A program made the translations under genes and the position numbers. Below the pieces are notes generated by a model. It had not been told where the DNA came from, did no database searches, and worked only from the letters and a program-made list of their open reading frames with translations. Positions 24,808-38,252 of a stretch of 64,000 bases of DNA are shown here, piece after piece. This DNA comes from Octopus sinensis (lineage: Eukaryota). The stretch covers positions 67,022,001 to 67,086,000 of the forward strand of contig NC_043001.1 of the NCBI RefSeq assembly GCF_006345805.1. Reading direction: 5' to 3'. The stretch's first letter is position 1; the number at the start of each line of letters is the position of its first letter.

Positions 24808-24841
24808 GTAAGCAAGCTACTTACCACACAGCCACTCCTGT
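24808..24841 (-). mobile_element. SINE family A head serving as the insertion target
   Basis: Minus strand caggagtggctgtgtggtaagtagcttgcttac. Confidence 0.85.
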
Positions 24842-25899
24842 GTTAGTAAATGTCTAAGCCTCAATCTGGGGAAGATATAATTTTCAATTAAAGAAAAAGA
24901 TCAGCTGACATGAACTTTACAGTTAAAATGCGTGCGTGGAATAATAAAAATATGCATGACTTTTCTAAGGTGTTATGCATAAAAATTATAGTAGTTGTAA
25001 TCCAAATAACAGCAATGGAGCTTTTGTTTCTTTGTTAGAAACCAGCTCCCTCCTTCTAGAAAGGAGATTAATGAATAAAAAGGAGAAAAAGACATACATA
25101 CAAACAATAATAAATACAAATAATATGCACACATATGCATCCACCTAGCTTCCCATCCATCCATCCATCTCTCTCTCTCACACACACACACACACTCTTT
25201 CTCATAGAGATTAGCTGCTTGGCAGTCGTAAATGTGAATATTTTACAAAAAAATTGAAGGAAAGGAAAATCTAAATCTGTAAAAAACTGATACACTTACA
25301 GCTCGTGTCTGGGCTAAACATACAAGCATTCACATTTATATATGGAACACAAAGTTGTTTAATCTGATGGAAGTAGTCTCCCAATCTTCCTTAAGTCACA
25401 TTTGACTGTTTTAAAGGAGACACTGGATAATAGTGGTCCTATGTCTCAATTATAAACAGGATGGTCATGGCTGGAATGTTCACTAATTGATTTCCATATA
25501 TACAATTATAGATTTCCTGAAGTCTTGATGTTGTCGCTGAAATGAAATACCTTTAAGTTATGATGGAACCCATGATGTGATCTCTACATTCTATCCCCAA
25601 TGTTTAATTTCAGTTAGAATGGTTGTTCTTTGCATTCAGGACTCCCTCCTCTGGTTGAATTCTGTCATTACGTAAGTTTGTTTTATGAAAGTGAGATGGT
25701 AGTAACATGTATTCTTACAACACAATCATGTTTACACAGCATGTTTAATATATTGTCATTCATCATCATTTTAACATTGACTTTTTCATACCTGTGTAGA
25801 TCAGGTAGAGTTTATAGAGGTAGATACTATTCAGCTGGATGTCTTTCTTTTCACCAACTGTCAAAACAAGGTAATATATTTCCCTGTGTTTATACAGAA

Positions 25900-27620
25900 T
25901 ATTGGAAATGAATGACATGGCCTGTGTGACAATGAGACTCAGTTACAATTATCACAATTTCCAAGAAGGAAACAACAAATATACATACACTACAAAAGTC
26001 TGCATTCCTTAGTGCAGAGACATGACCAAGCTGATGAATCATTGAGGAAGCTTGTGAAGTCTATTAACACTGCATACATAGACATATTCTGCTGAATTTA
26101 TTTTTTCTGAATTTGGTGAAGAGAGAAGTCCACAGCACTTTTACGGCAATGGAAGCCACACTGAGTCTCAGATGTATTCATTTAGTCTGTTTAAAAGAAT
26201 ACAAGCCAAGATCTTCCCAGCTATTGTTAAGAAGAGATATTCCTCAGTAGTTTCCACAGTCTGCTCAACAACCTTTCTTGAAGATATGAATGACACCTGT
26301 GTCTTTCCATACCTCTCCAGATTTCAGCAGGTATGTCACATCTTCCAATTACTTTATCTTCTTTCATTTGTTTGATTACATCATTGAATTCTTTGTAAAT
26401 GGGTTCATCATCTAAGGATCAGATGGTTACCAGCATAGTCCTTCTCAAATGCAGCACGGTCCACAAAGCCTGGGATATTAAGCAGGCTGTCAAAGTGATT
26501 GGCAAATCTATCAGGAATCACTGAGTTTTCCTGAAGTACTATTTTGCCCTTTTCTGAGTAAAATGCTTTCATAAAGTCCTGAGTAAAATGCTTTCATAAA
26601 CTTTTTTTTATCAGCATGATGCTGTAATTCTTCAGCTTTGACCTCACATGAATATGATTTCATTTTCCTAGTACATTGTTGCAGCTTCCTTCTTCCTTCC
26701 ACTAGCTTTCCTTAGTTTGACCCTGTATTGTAATTTAGTTGCTTTGCCTTTGCAATGTTCTTTTTCTCTAGCAGAGATCTCTAATTGGATGTCATTCCCG
26801 CTGAGCCAATCTTGATATTTTTTTCCCTAGTTTGCCAAGGACTCATTGAACTGTTTCATATGTAGTTATTTTCAAGATGTTCCCTTTTTCAAGTCCTTTT
26901 TTCCCTTTGTATCTCCATCCTTCCAACACCTTATCAAGCTGTTCCTGCAATTCCTGTTCAACTTTGAGATCTCGGAGTTTCATGATGTTTAGCTTATTTT
27001 TAGGTCAGCCTTTTGTCTTCATGCTTCACTTCCTGAAGGAAAAGTGATCTTTGATCTGATAATGTAGTGGTTGGTAGAGTAGTCTGCACCTCTCATAGCT
27101 CTTGTATTCAAGACATCATTCTGATCTCTTTGGGTAATTATGTAGTCTAACAAGTGCCAATATTTGGAGCAAGGGTACATCCAAGTGGTATTTTGATGAT
27201 CTTTGTGCTCGAAGACAGTGAACTCAGTACACAGGGCTAGAAAAAGCTCATCATTTAAATTGCACTTTCCAAACTCCATGCTTGCCAAGGTCATCTGTCT
27301 GATCTCTCTCTACTCTTGCATTGAGATCTCCTGCAATTATCAACTTGTCTTTGCAGGGAACTTTGCTCAGTATCTCTCTCAGCTTAGCATGGAATTTTTC
27401 TTTCACTTCCTGAGGGTTTTTCATTGTGGGTATGTAGACACTGACAATTGTTGCATATACATTTTTGTGGAGTGATAGTCTCATTGTTTATGATCCTGTC
27501 ATTAACTGATGTTGGGTCTTCCTCTAGTCGCAGAGTGATGGAGATCTTCATTACAAGCCCAAAACCAGCTTCCCTCTTTTCTTCTTCCTTGTTCCCACTC
27601 CAGAAATATGTGTAGCCATG
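25900..27620 (-). pseudogene. Degenerate RTE (BovB-like) LINE ORF, APE plus linker
   Basis: YTYFWSG, REAGFG, ATIVSVYIPT, LIIAGDLNARV, TTWMYPCSKYWHLLDYII, spread over frames. Confidence 0.8.
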
Positions 27621-28065
27621 AGTCCACAAAGTGTTGGCCCTGATACGGGATACTTGAGTCTATTATAGCCCAGGAAAGTTTATAATGTATTTTTCTATTA
27701 ATTAGATGGTGTATGTGACTGGCTAGTGATATGGAATTGCTATTCTCTTTATATTTAAATGAGTTTAAATGGGCATGATATCTTTGTTTAAAATTTGTGG
27801 TAAATCCAATGTAGTAGCTATAATAATAATGAAATTATTGTATATAGTGCTCAGGTGCACCACTATAGGAGTGCATTGATATACAACGTTGAATCTTCTG
27901 CACTGGGCTTGCAGTAAAATGCATACAAAATCAATTACAGTAAATTATAATCAAATATTATTATTTAGTTCTATAACTACTGGTATTTCTAATTATTGTT
28001 CTTACATTTTATGCTTTATTTTTTGACTTAACTAAATTCTTTTTACTTATATTTTATATAAGTAA

Positions 28066-28185
28066 AACTCTGATGAAGTTTTGTGATTCAATTTGGTATA
28101 ACTAATTACCTACAATGATAACTATCATTACTATTATTGTGGCAGTTAGAACTGAGAATCATGCTAACTGAAACAGCTGTAAATT
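28066..28185 (+). ncRNA. Type I hammerhead-like motif with extended helix II
   Basis: CTGATGA (28070-76); helix II AGTT.TGTGATTC / GAATCATG..AACT around a 66-nt insert; GAAA (28170-73); palindrome CAGCTG; GUA. Helix I is weak (AACT/AATT). Confidence 0.5.
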
Positions 28186-28540
28186 GAGATTTTGTCTTTT
28201 TGTAATTAATTCATAAATGATAATTGATGTAAATCAATTGTTATTCATCAATTATATCTCCATTTTCTGTTTTCCATGAATATTGATAAACTTTAGTTTA
28301 TTTTTGTCATTACCTGTCATTTATGATCATTACTACTAATGCACATGATTAAATATAGGTAATACACTAGTGGATTCATTGAATACAAGTATCCCTTAGA
28401 TGGTTGTTATAACCTCTAACTTAATCCACCCATATATATATATATATAATATATATATATATATATCAATATATATATATATATCAATAAATATATATAT
28501 ATATGCATAGATATGTATATGTATATATATGTATGTATAT

Positions 28541-28945
28541 AGGCGCAGGAGTGGCTGTGTGGTAAGTAGCTTGCTAACCAACCACATGGTTCTGGGTTCA
28601 GTCCCACTGCGTGGCATCTTGGGCAAGTGTCTTCTGTTATAGCCCCGGGCCGACCAATGCCTTGTGAGTGGATTTGGTAGACGGAAACTGAAAGAAGCCT
28701 GTCGTATATATGTATATATATGTATGTGTGTGTTTGTGTGTCTGTGTTTGTCCCCCTAGCATTGCTTGACAACTGATGCTGGTATGTTTACGTCCCCGTC
28801 ACTTAGCGGCTCGGCAAAAGAGACCGATAGAATAAGTACTGAGCTTACAAAGAATAAGTCCCGGGGTCGATTTGCTCGACTAAAGGCGGTGCTCCAGCAT
28901 GGCCACAGTCAAATGACTGAAACAAGTAAAAGAGTAAAGAGTAAA
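28541..28945 (+). mobile_element. SINE family A, complete and little diverged
   Basis: Head, CORE-like ttgggcaagtgtc, central microsatellite, tail gaaacaagtaaaagagtaaagag. Confidence 0.9.
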
Positions 28946-29479
28946 GAGAGTATAAGCATGAATGTGGGCATGTGTATGTGTGTGTGTGTGTGTGTGTGTG
29001 TAGACTTGCTAACCTTTTTGTAGTTTCCAATATATTCAAAGTAACCTTTGTTCCAAATAACAATTTCATATGTAGAATTTGATTGATTGTAATGGCAATG
29101 TTAGCTGACTAGCAGAATTATTGTTTGCTTCTGTAACCTTTGTCTCTATATTCAATTTAGGAAAAAACATTTACGTTGGCATGCATGCATGCACACACAC
29201 ACACACACACATAAACACACACGCACATATCAATATGCATGTAATGACATCATATGCATGTACATATATACTCATGTTTATATGTGTATACACTCATGTA
29301 TATATTCACATTTAAGCAAGCATGAGAAACAAAATTTAAAACACAGATTAACACCATGCTATTGTTAGTGATATATAAATGAATGAGCACTAAAAAGAAT
29401 GTGTTTAAAGATAAATATAAATATATATATATAAATTAAATTACACATGTATGTTTTAATACATACATATTTATGTGTG

Positions 29480-29521
<42 letters not shown>

Positions 29522-30763
29522 CTTTAAAATATACATATGTAATTTAATTTACTGACACAAAAATATTCAGAAACAAGTGCAAACACATATACCATAAAAT
29601 TCATGCTTATATCTATATACATCATCATGTATAATACACATCACTGGTCGCAATGCACTTTGCATGACACCACCTTGCTCGCTAGGTGAGTGGGCCAACA
29701 TTCCCACTGATTGAAAGGGCGAGTGGAGCAATATGGAATGAAATATTTTGCTCAAGAACACTACACACCACTCAATTTAAGAATCAAATCCATGATCTAA
29801 CAACTGTGGGTGCAGTAGCTTAACCACTAGGTCATATGCATTCACATGATATACATTAATATATAGTTTTGAGGAAAGAGGTTGCTTTTTCCCAAGCATA
29901 CACTGCTTTAGCTGCATATTGGTTAATATAGTTTGGATTTCATTCATTTGTGTTAGTATTAGTGCCAACACTTTTGAAATTCCAATTGTTGTTATAGATA
30001 CTTTCATCCATTCAGTATAGGAGAACAGAATTTTAATAATATATATATGGAAAAGGGAGAGTTTAAACACAGAAAAAATAATTTCATTTGCAAAATATTC
30101 AATTTCATATCACCTACGTATGTTTCAATTTCTTACCTTCATTCATATTTTGCAATTAAGATTGCATGCATACATGCATTTTGTAAAGAAAAATCATAAT
30201 ATAATTATAAAAATTAATATAACTAAAAGTATATATTATATCATAAACTATCAACAAACATGACTAATACATCTAAAAAACATAAAAATTGTAATAAAAA
30301 TTGAAATTCTCACCACTAAATAAGTAAAGTTAAATAAATATATTGATTTGAATTCTTGTTAATAAATATATTTTATTTTATTCTTTCCACAAGTGAGTAG
30401 AGTGGTGGCCAGCCTTTATAAAACTATCTAAGGAGAATGGTAGTATGACCTAGTTCCTGTGGACTACAACTAACCATTGTCCATTGTAGTCATAGTTTAA
30501 CCTCAAGGTATTTTTAGAAAGGAACCCAAAAGCCACACATGCTGACAAACACACACACAAAAGTGTGTAGCTATTTCAGTCCATAAGCAACTCTCCATCA
30601 GTTAATTTTTGCCCTGAAGAGATCTTTACCTTTTAAATGCATAATGGAATCTTAATTGCAAAATAGGAATGAAGGAAAGAAATTGAAATGTATGTAGGTG
30701 ATAAGAAATTGACTATTATACAAATAAATTGATTTTCTCTGTGTTCAAACTCTCCATTTTCCT

Positions 30764-30819
<56 letters not shown>

Positions 30820-31926
30820 ATAGCTTGAGCAAAGTTCAGAGAGCTCCTATCTCTGTTGGTGACAAAGGGCCTCTCACTTAGAGTAAAAGGTAGACTGTAT
30901 GATGCATGTATATGAACAGCCATGATACATGGCAGTGAAACATGGGTCGTGACTGCTGCGGACATGCATCAGCTTGCAAGGAATAAAGCCAGTATGCTCC
31001 ACTGGATGTGTAATGTCAGTGTGCAAACACAATAGAGTGTAAGTGCCCTGAGAGAAAAGTTGGATTTAAGAAGCATCAGATGTGGTGTGCAAGAGAGATG
31101 ACTGCGCTGGTATGATCAAGTGTTGTGAAAGAATGAAGACAGCTGTGTGAAAAAATGTCACACTGTAGCGGCTGAGGGAACCTGTGGAAGAGGTAGACCC
31201 AGGAAGACCTGGGATGAGTTGGTGAAGTATGACCTTCGAACATTGGGCCTCACCGAGGCCTTTGGAGATATGCTGTGCTTGAGAAGACCCAACAAGCCAA
31301 GTGAGATCATAACCTGTGGTTGATGCCAGTGGATGTAACCAGCCCACTTATGAGTACCCTTTATTCATTGGACAATTAACTTTGCTCACAATGACCTGTT
31401 GAGGCAAGTGAAATCAAAATCAAAATCGCTGATGACAGTACTGCCTGATTGGTACTCATGCCAATAGAACATTAAAAGCACCATCCGAGCGTGATCGTTT
31501 GCAAGGCCACTGATTGGCTCCCATGCCGGTGGCACATAGAAAGCACCATTCAAGCATGATCATTGCCAGTATCACCTTACTGGCACATGAAAAACAACAT
31601 TCAAGCGTGGTCATTGCCAGTGCCGCTGGATTGGCTCCCATGCAGTAACACGTAAAAGATACCTTTTGAGCATGGTTGTTGTCAGAACTGCCTGATTGTC
31701 CCTCATGCCAGTGGCACATAAAAGCACCCACTACATTCTCGGAGTTTTTGGCATTAGGAAAGGCATCCAGCTGTAGAAACTTTGTCAGATCAGATTGGAG
31801 CCTGGTGCAGCCTTCTGGCTCGCCAGTCCTCGGTCAAACAGTCCAACCCATGCTAGCATGGAAAGCGGATGTTAAACGACGATGACAACGACGATGATTA
31901 TGATGATGATGATGATGATGATGATG

Positions 31927-31928
<2 letters not shown>
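30820..31928 (+). mobile_element. RTE LINE 3' fragment with repeat-rich 3' UTR and (GAT)n tail
   Basis: Homologous to 17841-18980 (LSLRVKGRLYDAC, GRGRPRKTW), degenerate. Confidence 0.85.
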
Positions 31929-31975
<47 letters not shown>

Positions 31976-32219
31976 CATGTAAACGGCACCCAGTACACTC
32001 TATGGAGTGGCTGGTATTAAGAAGAGCATCCAGACGTAAACCAAGCCACAACAGACTGGAGTCTGATGCAGCTCTCCAGTTTACCATCTTCAGTCAAACC
32101 ATTTAACTCATACCAGCATGGAAAATGGACATTAAATGATGATGATGATGACCCAGTTTCTGGGTCTTAATTGTCTTAAATGCTCTACAATATATATAAT
32201 GCATAGCTTCATATATAGT

Positions 32220-32640
32220 TCACAGTTACATGGGCATGTTGGGCAGCATCTGGGTAGCTTCATGGAATTGATTCCTGCAAATGACCACATGATCTGCAGC
32301 ACAAACTTTAGGAAACCAGCCAGTTACCTGTTCACCTATCAACCTGGTAGGAACACAAGCCAGATTGACTTCATTCTCACCAGAAAGTGGAAAAGATGGT
32401 TGCTTATAAATGTGAAGACCTTCCCAAATGAAACGTGTTTTCCTCAACATGGGTTAGTCATTAGTGACTTCAGACTTTAGGTTAGAAGGATTCCAAGAAG
32501 CAAGCTAGTCTGAAAAAGGAAAATTTAGAAACTTAAGGATACTCTGAATAACCAAAGATTTAGAGACGTTCTAATTGAAGCATTTGATAAGAAAGAGGAA
32601 GAGATAGTGATGTATAACATAGACAACTTAATGAGAGCCA
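32220..32640 (+). pseudogene. RTE APE C-terminal fragment
   Basis: GHVGQ, NTSQIDFILTR, QHGLVISDFRL. Confidence 0.7.
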
Positions 32641-35600
32641 CAGATAAAATTTGTGGTGGGTGCAAGGTCCCAACAAGAATGAGTAAATTGTAAAACAATT
32701 CTATATTTAAATGTTCCCATAGATATAAAAAAACATTTAAATATTTCAATAGTAAACAACACATGAATTTTAATTGGTCTTCCTATGATATAATAAACAT
32801 AATTTTTCTAAGTTTTTGAGCATATATTAATAGTTAGATAACTAAATGTTGTGATGGAGATTTTTCTGTTCGTTTTTTATTTCCCCATTATCTACTGATG
32901 TCATTAGTTTAAATATTAAACTAATTTTTCTTAGAATATTATATTTATTCTTATTCTTTTTGTATGTGTTCCTGTATTAGAGATATTATCTCAATTCACT
33001 TTGAATTTAGCCTGTTTTGGATTACCTTAATAACATTGCGTTAGCATAAATTTTCAGATATATTAATGTGTACCTTTTTTCTATATCAAAATATGCTGGC
33101 ACAATAGAAATGATTGTCGGTTATGTTTAGTGTAATCATGTCTCATTTACCTACTTACAGGTCAGTGCCCAGAATATGGGGAAAAGTAATAAAAGGGTCA
33201 TGGGCAGAGATACTGGCACTCATTGATTTCCTCACTGACCTTGCAATCAGGACGCAATTTTGTAGTAACTTTGTTCTCTTAGGAGTTAGTCACCATCTGG
33301 ATTTTCATCTAGAAATCACCCAACAACATATTGTTGCAGGTCCCCTCCATGCTAATCACTTATCTGTACAGTACTGTGAAGGTGATGACAAGGCAAAGAG
33401 CAATGTCAGTATGTATATCTTTGGGCCATGTCTCTTGTAAACCTTTTCCCATGTTGTATTGACCAGTGAGTATATATGTGATGCACCAGCCTTTTCTATC
33501 TCTTTCATCTTCTCATCACCAATCTTGAGAGACCAAGTACAAGCTGCTTTATATTGTGTCTAAGATTAGGGAATACACAACCAGTCTAGGGAGTAGACAA
33601 GGTTTCCTCCAACCCCTGTATAAAGGACAAGTATTCTCCTTGGTTTTCTAAAAAATTCTGTATGTCACCTTTCTCTTTGCCATTTACAGGCAAATTTCTT
33701 ACTTAAGGAGACATTTACATTTGTGACAAACCTTTCACAGATTTTTCTTCATCTGAAGTTGGTTGATATTGATATTTCTCTTTGATGTGCAACACCAGCT
33801 CACAATAGGTTTGTTCTAATTTAGGTTAGTGTTTTCACCATTTTACTTTCAAGTTTCTCAGACCAAGTTTGTGTTTCTAACTGTCTCTATTTTCTTATCA
33901 TTTTTCAATGATTTTATGCTTTTTAAAATGTTTAGAGGGTCAATATCACCACAAATAAACAAAACAAAATGGATGGTTGTAGTAATATGTGTACACAATA
34001 GAAATGCTTAAGGTCAACCTTTGTTTTTACTTCAGAATGATCAGATGGATGTTCAAATCTTTAAAGTCTTTCTTTGGTAAAATAAAACATTAAAAAAAAA
34101 CTCCCATTTTTTTCTTTTTTACATTCAGTAATCCTGGAAGAAAACATCTTTTAATCAGAACTCTGTGAAATGTGACTGTTCAAAATAAACAACAATAATA
34201 GTAATAATTATAATGGTGGATTAAAAGTGCATTTGACTTGGAAAATTATAACAGAAAATGTGGGAAGTCTTCTAATATTGTACATCTTATAATCTGGCAG
34301 ATATAATATGTATGATGCCACACAGCAGTATACACAGTTTGTGTAATATCACATGTTGGCATATACAGTACATATAACATCACATATTTTATATACAGTA
34401 TATATGACATCACATATTGCTAAATATAGAACTTGATACCACGTAGCACATAATTAAATCTCCAGTGAAACATTGTCAGTACAGATGAGACAGAGCAAAC
34501 CAGACCACACCAAACCAGATTAGACTGAGACTTGAAGACATGCCATCAAGAATACCTTTACATAATGGCTCAACTTGCAAGAAAGTGCAACCAGATCTTT
34601 GTCATACAACCCCTATATTTAAAATGGTTAAATATATGGGATAAATTAAAAGTGAATATAAAAGTAAGGAAGAAGACTCATAGGTGATGACTTGGATGTC
34701 AGTCAAATGGAATTTCCCTCTAAAAATATTTCCTTACATGTGTAAACACTGTTAGAGAAAATATGAAACCATGGGTCTACATGAAGTAAGTTCTAAAACA
34801 CCCACTAAAGATGTCATACAAAATATAGTAAATACTGACTCCTATAGTACCAAACAATATTATTTACAAATACTCCATAATAATATACTATTTGATAGGA
34901 ACAATAGCAATGACTGTCCATATTTCTAATCAACATCACTATGTCTCCCTCTGTTTCTAAATATATTTTATCTTTAATTTGTTTCAGTCATTGGACTGTA
35001 GCTATACTGCGACACCGCTGAAGGTTTTAGTCAAACAAATTGACCTTAGTACTCTAGTACTTAATTTTTAAGCCTGGTACTTATTCTATCGGTCTCTTTT
35101 ACAGAACTACTAAGTTACATGAATGCAAACAAACCAACACTGGTTGTCATTACTTCTGTGTCTTGTCAATTCAGTAGAATAAGCTCTACTGGGGAGGTTT
35201 AATAACACCGAAAAATGTCCATTACTTTTATCAATTAGTTTTTAATGACAAGACCCATTCTTATCTACTGTATCTGTATTGTGTTTAAAATTTCATTCAG
35301 CTGAGCTTACTAGAATTACCTGCCTTGCTTTTTGTTTTTAGATTTTAAACACTCCTACAGGGAATTTTTGTCTTTTAATTACATGGATATTCTAAACTGA
35401 TCAGAGTTTTTCAACTAAGGTGGCACGCAGTGAGATAGAAACCGAAACAACACACTCTTAACTACAAAACCATTGCCTGCATCAACACTATCTACATTCT
35501 GTTTGCACCTACACAATCAATGTCAAACATCTTTGCAGTTTCACATTTTACTAAATAATATCAACATTAATAGTAGTAATAAACTTGTCAGAATTAAGGT

Positions 35601-35693
35601 TCCTGGCTATTATTTTACTATTGTCATGTTACAATGTTGTGTTCCTGCTGACATTCAAAGAATTCTCACAATGGTACTGTTTCCAACTTTGAA

Positions 35694-35915
35694 AGTTTGA
35701 TCAGGAATTTTTTTTATTGCTTTTTTATTTATTCTTTCCTCATTTCAAGGAAATCAAATTCCTGAACATTAATGTTTCCTTAGAAACAGAATCAACTGGG
35801 AGGTGTTTTAAACCTGAAGTAGACAATGCCTTTGCATTTTCTTTCAAGAATTATAAGGCAAAAATCAACTACTATTACTACTACTACTACTAATACTAAT
35901 ACTAATACTACTATC

Positions 35916-35916
<1 letters not shown>
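35694..35916. repeat. Copy 1 of a ~220-bp near-identical direct duplication (copy 2 at 37424-37643)
   Basis: Identical apart from about two substitutions and microsatellite length. Confidence 0.95.
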
Positions 35917-35958
<42 letters not shown>

Positions 35959-37423
35959 TTAATCATTTTTTATATTAATAATTGAAATATTGAGTCTGAA
36001 TTAATTTTTTAAAATCTCTATAAATATATATTTGAGAGAAGCTGCTGGGTATTGTTATTTTAAGAGAAGCATAAAAACAATCGGACAAAATGTAATTTTG
36101 GTTAAAAGAGACAAACAAATGAAAATAAAAAATGTTTATTGGTGTGGCCTGAGAAGCAGAGTCTAAAGATTTTTGTTAAAGCCCAGAATTCATGGTGATT
36201 CCTGTTGAAGCAAACCACAGTTATTATTGTTATCCTCAATATTAGATGTCTTTGCTCCATGCTGGCCTGGGTTTGATGGTTTGACAGGAGCTAATGGGTC
36301 TAAGGACTACATTGTGCTCCATTGCTAATCAAAAGAAGAGGAGCGGGAGCTTCCTCAGGAATATATATTCCTATAATATATATATATTTTTTATTCTTTT
36401 ACTTGTTTCAGTCATGAGACTGCAGCCATGCTGAGGCACTACCTTGAAGGATTTTAGTTGAACAAATCGATCCCAACACTTATTTTCTTTATTTCTAAGC
36501 TTTTTACTTATTCTATCAGTTTCTTTTGTTGGTATACTAAGTTATGGGGATATAAACAAACCAACACTGGTTGTCAAGTGACAGTGGGGGACAAACATGA
36601 ACACATGTACACGCATGCACACACACACACACTTGCATGAAGAAGTGTTGATCACTTGAAGTGGATGGAACTTGTGATGAGGAAAACCCAGGAATTAAGT
36701 GCTGCAGGACAATCTCAAGACACTGAGCCTTATGAAGAGGACAAAGAAGCAAGATATGTGGTGCTTATTGTACTCAAAAGACCTGCCCACCACAGCAGAA
36801 CTGATATCCTAAAACAACCTGTGTAATGCTTGTCTATGAGGGGTTCTGATCCATCCCCATCTCTGCTCCATCAACCCTTACCCACCACATTTCATCCTCT
36901 AACACCCATCACTTTTCTATCTCCTGAGAGTAAAATTGACACATACTACCTCCCCCAGCTTACTCAGTTACCTTTCTTCTAACTTCTTGTCACATAGTCA
37001 CACCTGCATGTATGTGTATATATGTGCGTGTGTGTGTGGAGGTGATGTGTGTGTTGGTAGGGGGTGGACATGTGTGTCCATACAAATGTGTTTGTGAGTG
37101 TTTGTGTCACCTTGCCTTGGCATCACATAATTTTTGTAAATGAATGTACTTCATTGCTGATATTTTTCAAAAACATGTCTTTTTGTGACAAGATATTACC
37201 TTGCTTGGAAACATTTAAGGGATGCTAATAGGAAGAACCATTAAAGATCTGCCTCAGTAAACTCCCACCATGCCATGCAAACATGGAAAAGTGGATGTTA
37301 AGATGATGATGATATTTTTATAAATGCAGTATTGACCATCAAAAGAAAGAGTCCTTGGTATGATAATAGGGACTAATAATATTTTTTAGTCGAGTCAGTC
37401 TCTAAAGTTTCACCTGTGCATTC

Positions 37424-37643
37424 AGTTTGATCAGGAATTTTTTTTATTGCTTTTTTATTTATTCTTTCCTCATTTCAAGGAAATCAAATTCCTAAACATT
37501 AATGTTTCCTTAGAAACAGAATCAACTGGGAGGTGTTTTAAACCTGAAGTAGACAATGCCTTTGCATTTTCTTTCAAGAATTATAAGGCAAAAATCAACT
37601 ATTATTACTACTACTACTACTACTAATACTAATACTACTATCA
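37424..37643. repeat. Copy 2 of the ~220-bp direct duplication
   Basis: Matches 35694-35916. Confidence 0.95.
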
Positions 37644-38252
37644 GAGCAGCCATAACTCTTAGTGCTACTGATAACATGTAACCAGTAACTGTCTGACCAT
37701 GCAACAGTAACTGTTGCATGGTCAGACCATCATTTACTAAAATGACAACACTAAGGAGCCTGCTTGGTAAAGAGGGTGGTTATTATATGATACCCTGTGG
37801 GATGAAAACTAAAACCTGTCAAAAGGCAGAAAAACCAAGTAGAATCAATGGCTATCCAGCAACTGGAGGTGAGAGACTCTGGTCTTTGTTGTGACATCTT
37901 ATTAGGGGAAGAAGACTCTGATGTAACACCTGTGACTTCGTTTGCATCATGATGTAGACTTGTTCTTTTTTTTTGAGGAAAGGCACATGTTTTTTAGAAA
38001 GTGAGATCAGCCCTGTGAGAGGCCTTCCTTCACTTTAAAAAGCTTCAGGTACAAGCATAACTTGATATTAAAAACATCTCTATAATACATATTTTTTTAG
38101 GTCTGAAAAGTCCACTATCTTTGTTGTTAGCACTACTTCACACAAATCCATCGTATTTTGTCACACACTTGCAAGGTATTCATTGCTTATGAATATCTAT
38201 GTTGTTCATTTTTTTTTTCACATCTGTCCTTGCTTATTTCTTTCTTTCATTA

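Noticed and set aside
28541-28615. tRNA-like sequence with A/B-box-like motifs
   Set aside because: SINE head: no convincing cloverleaf, and it continues into the SINE body in every copy.
37745-37990. Ser-rich open frame on the minus strand (HHDANEVTGVTSESSSPNKMSQQRPES...)
   Set aside because: In-frame stop just upstream, no plausible acceptor, no recognisable homology.
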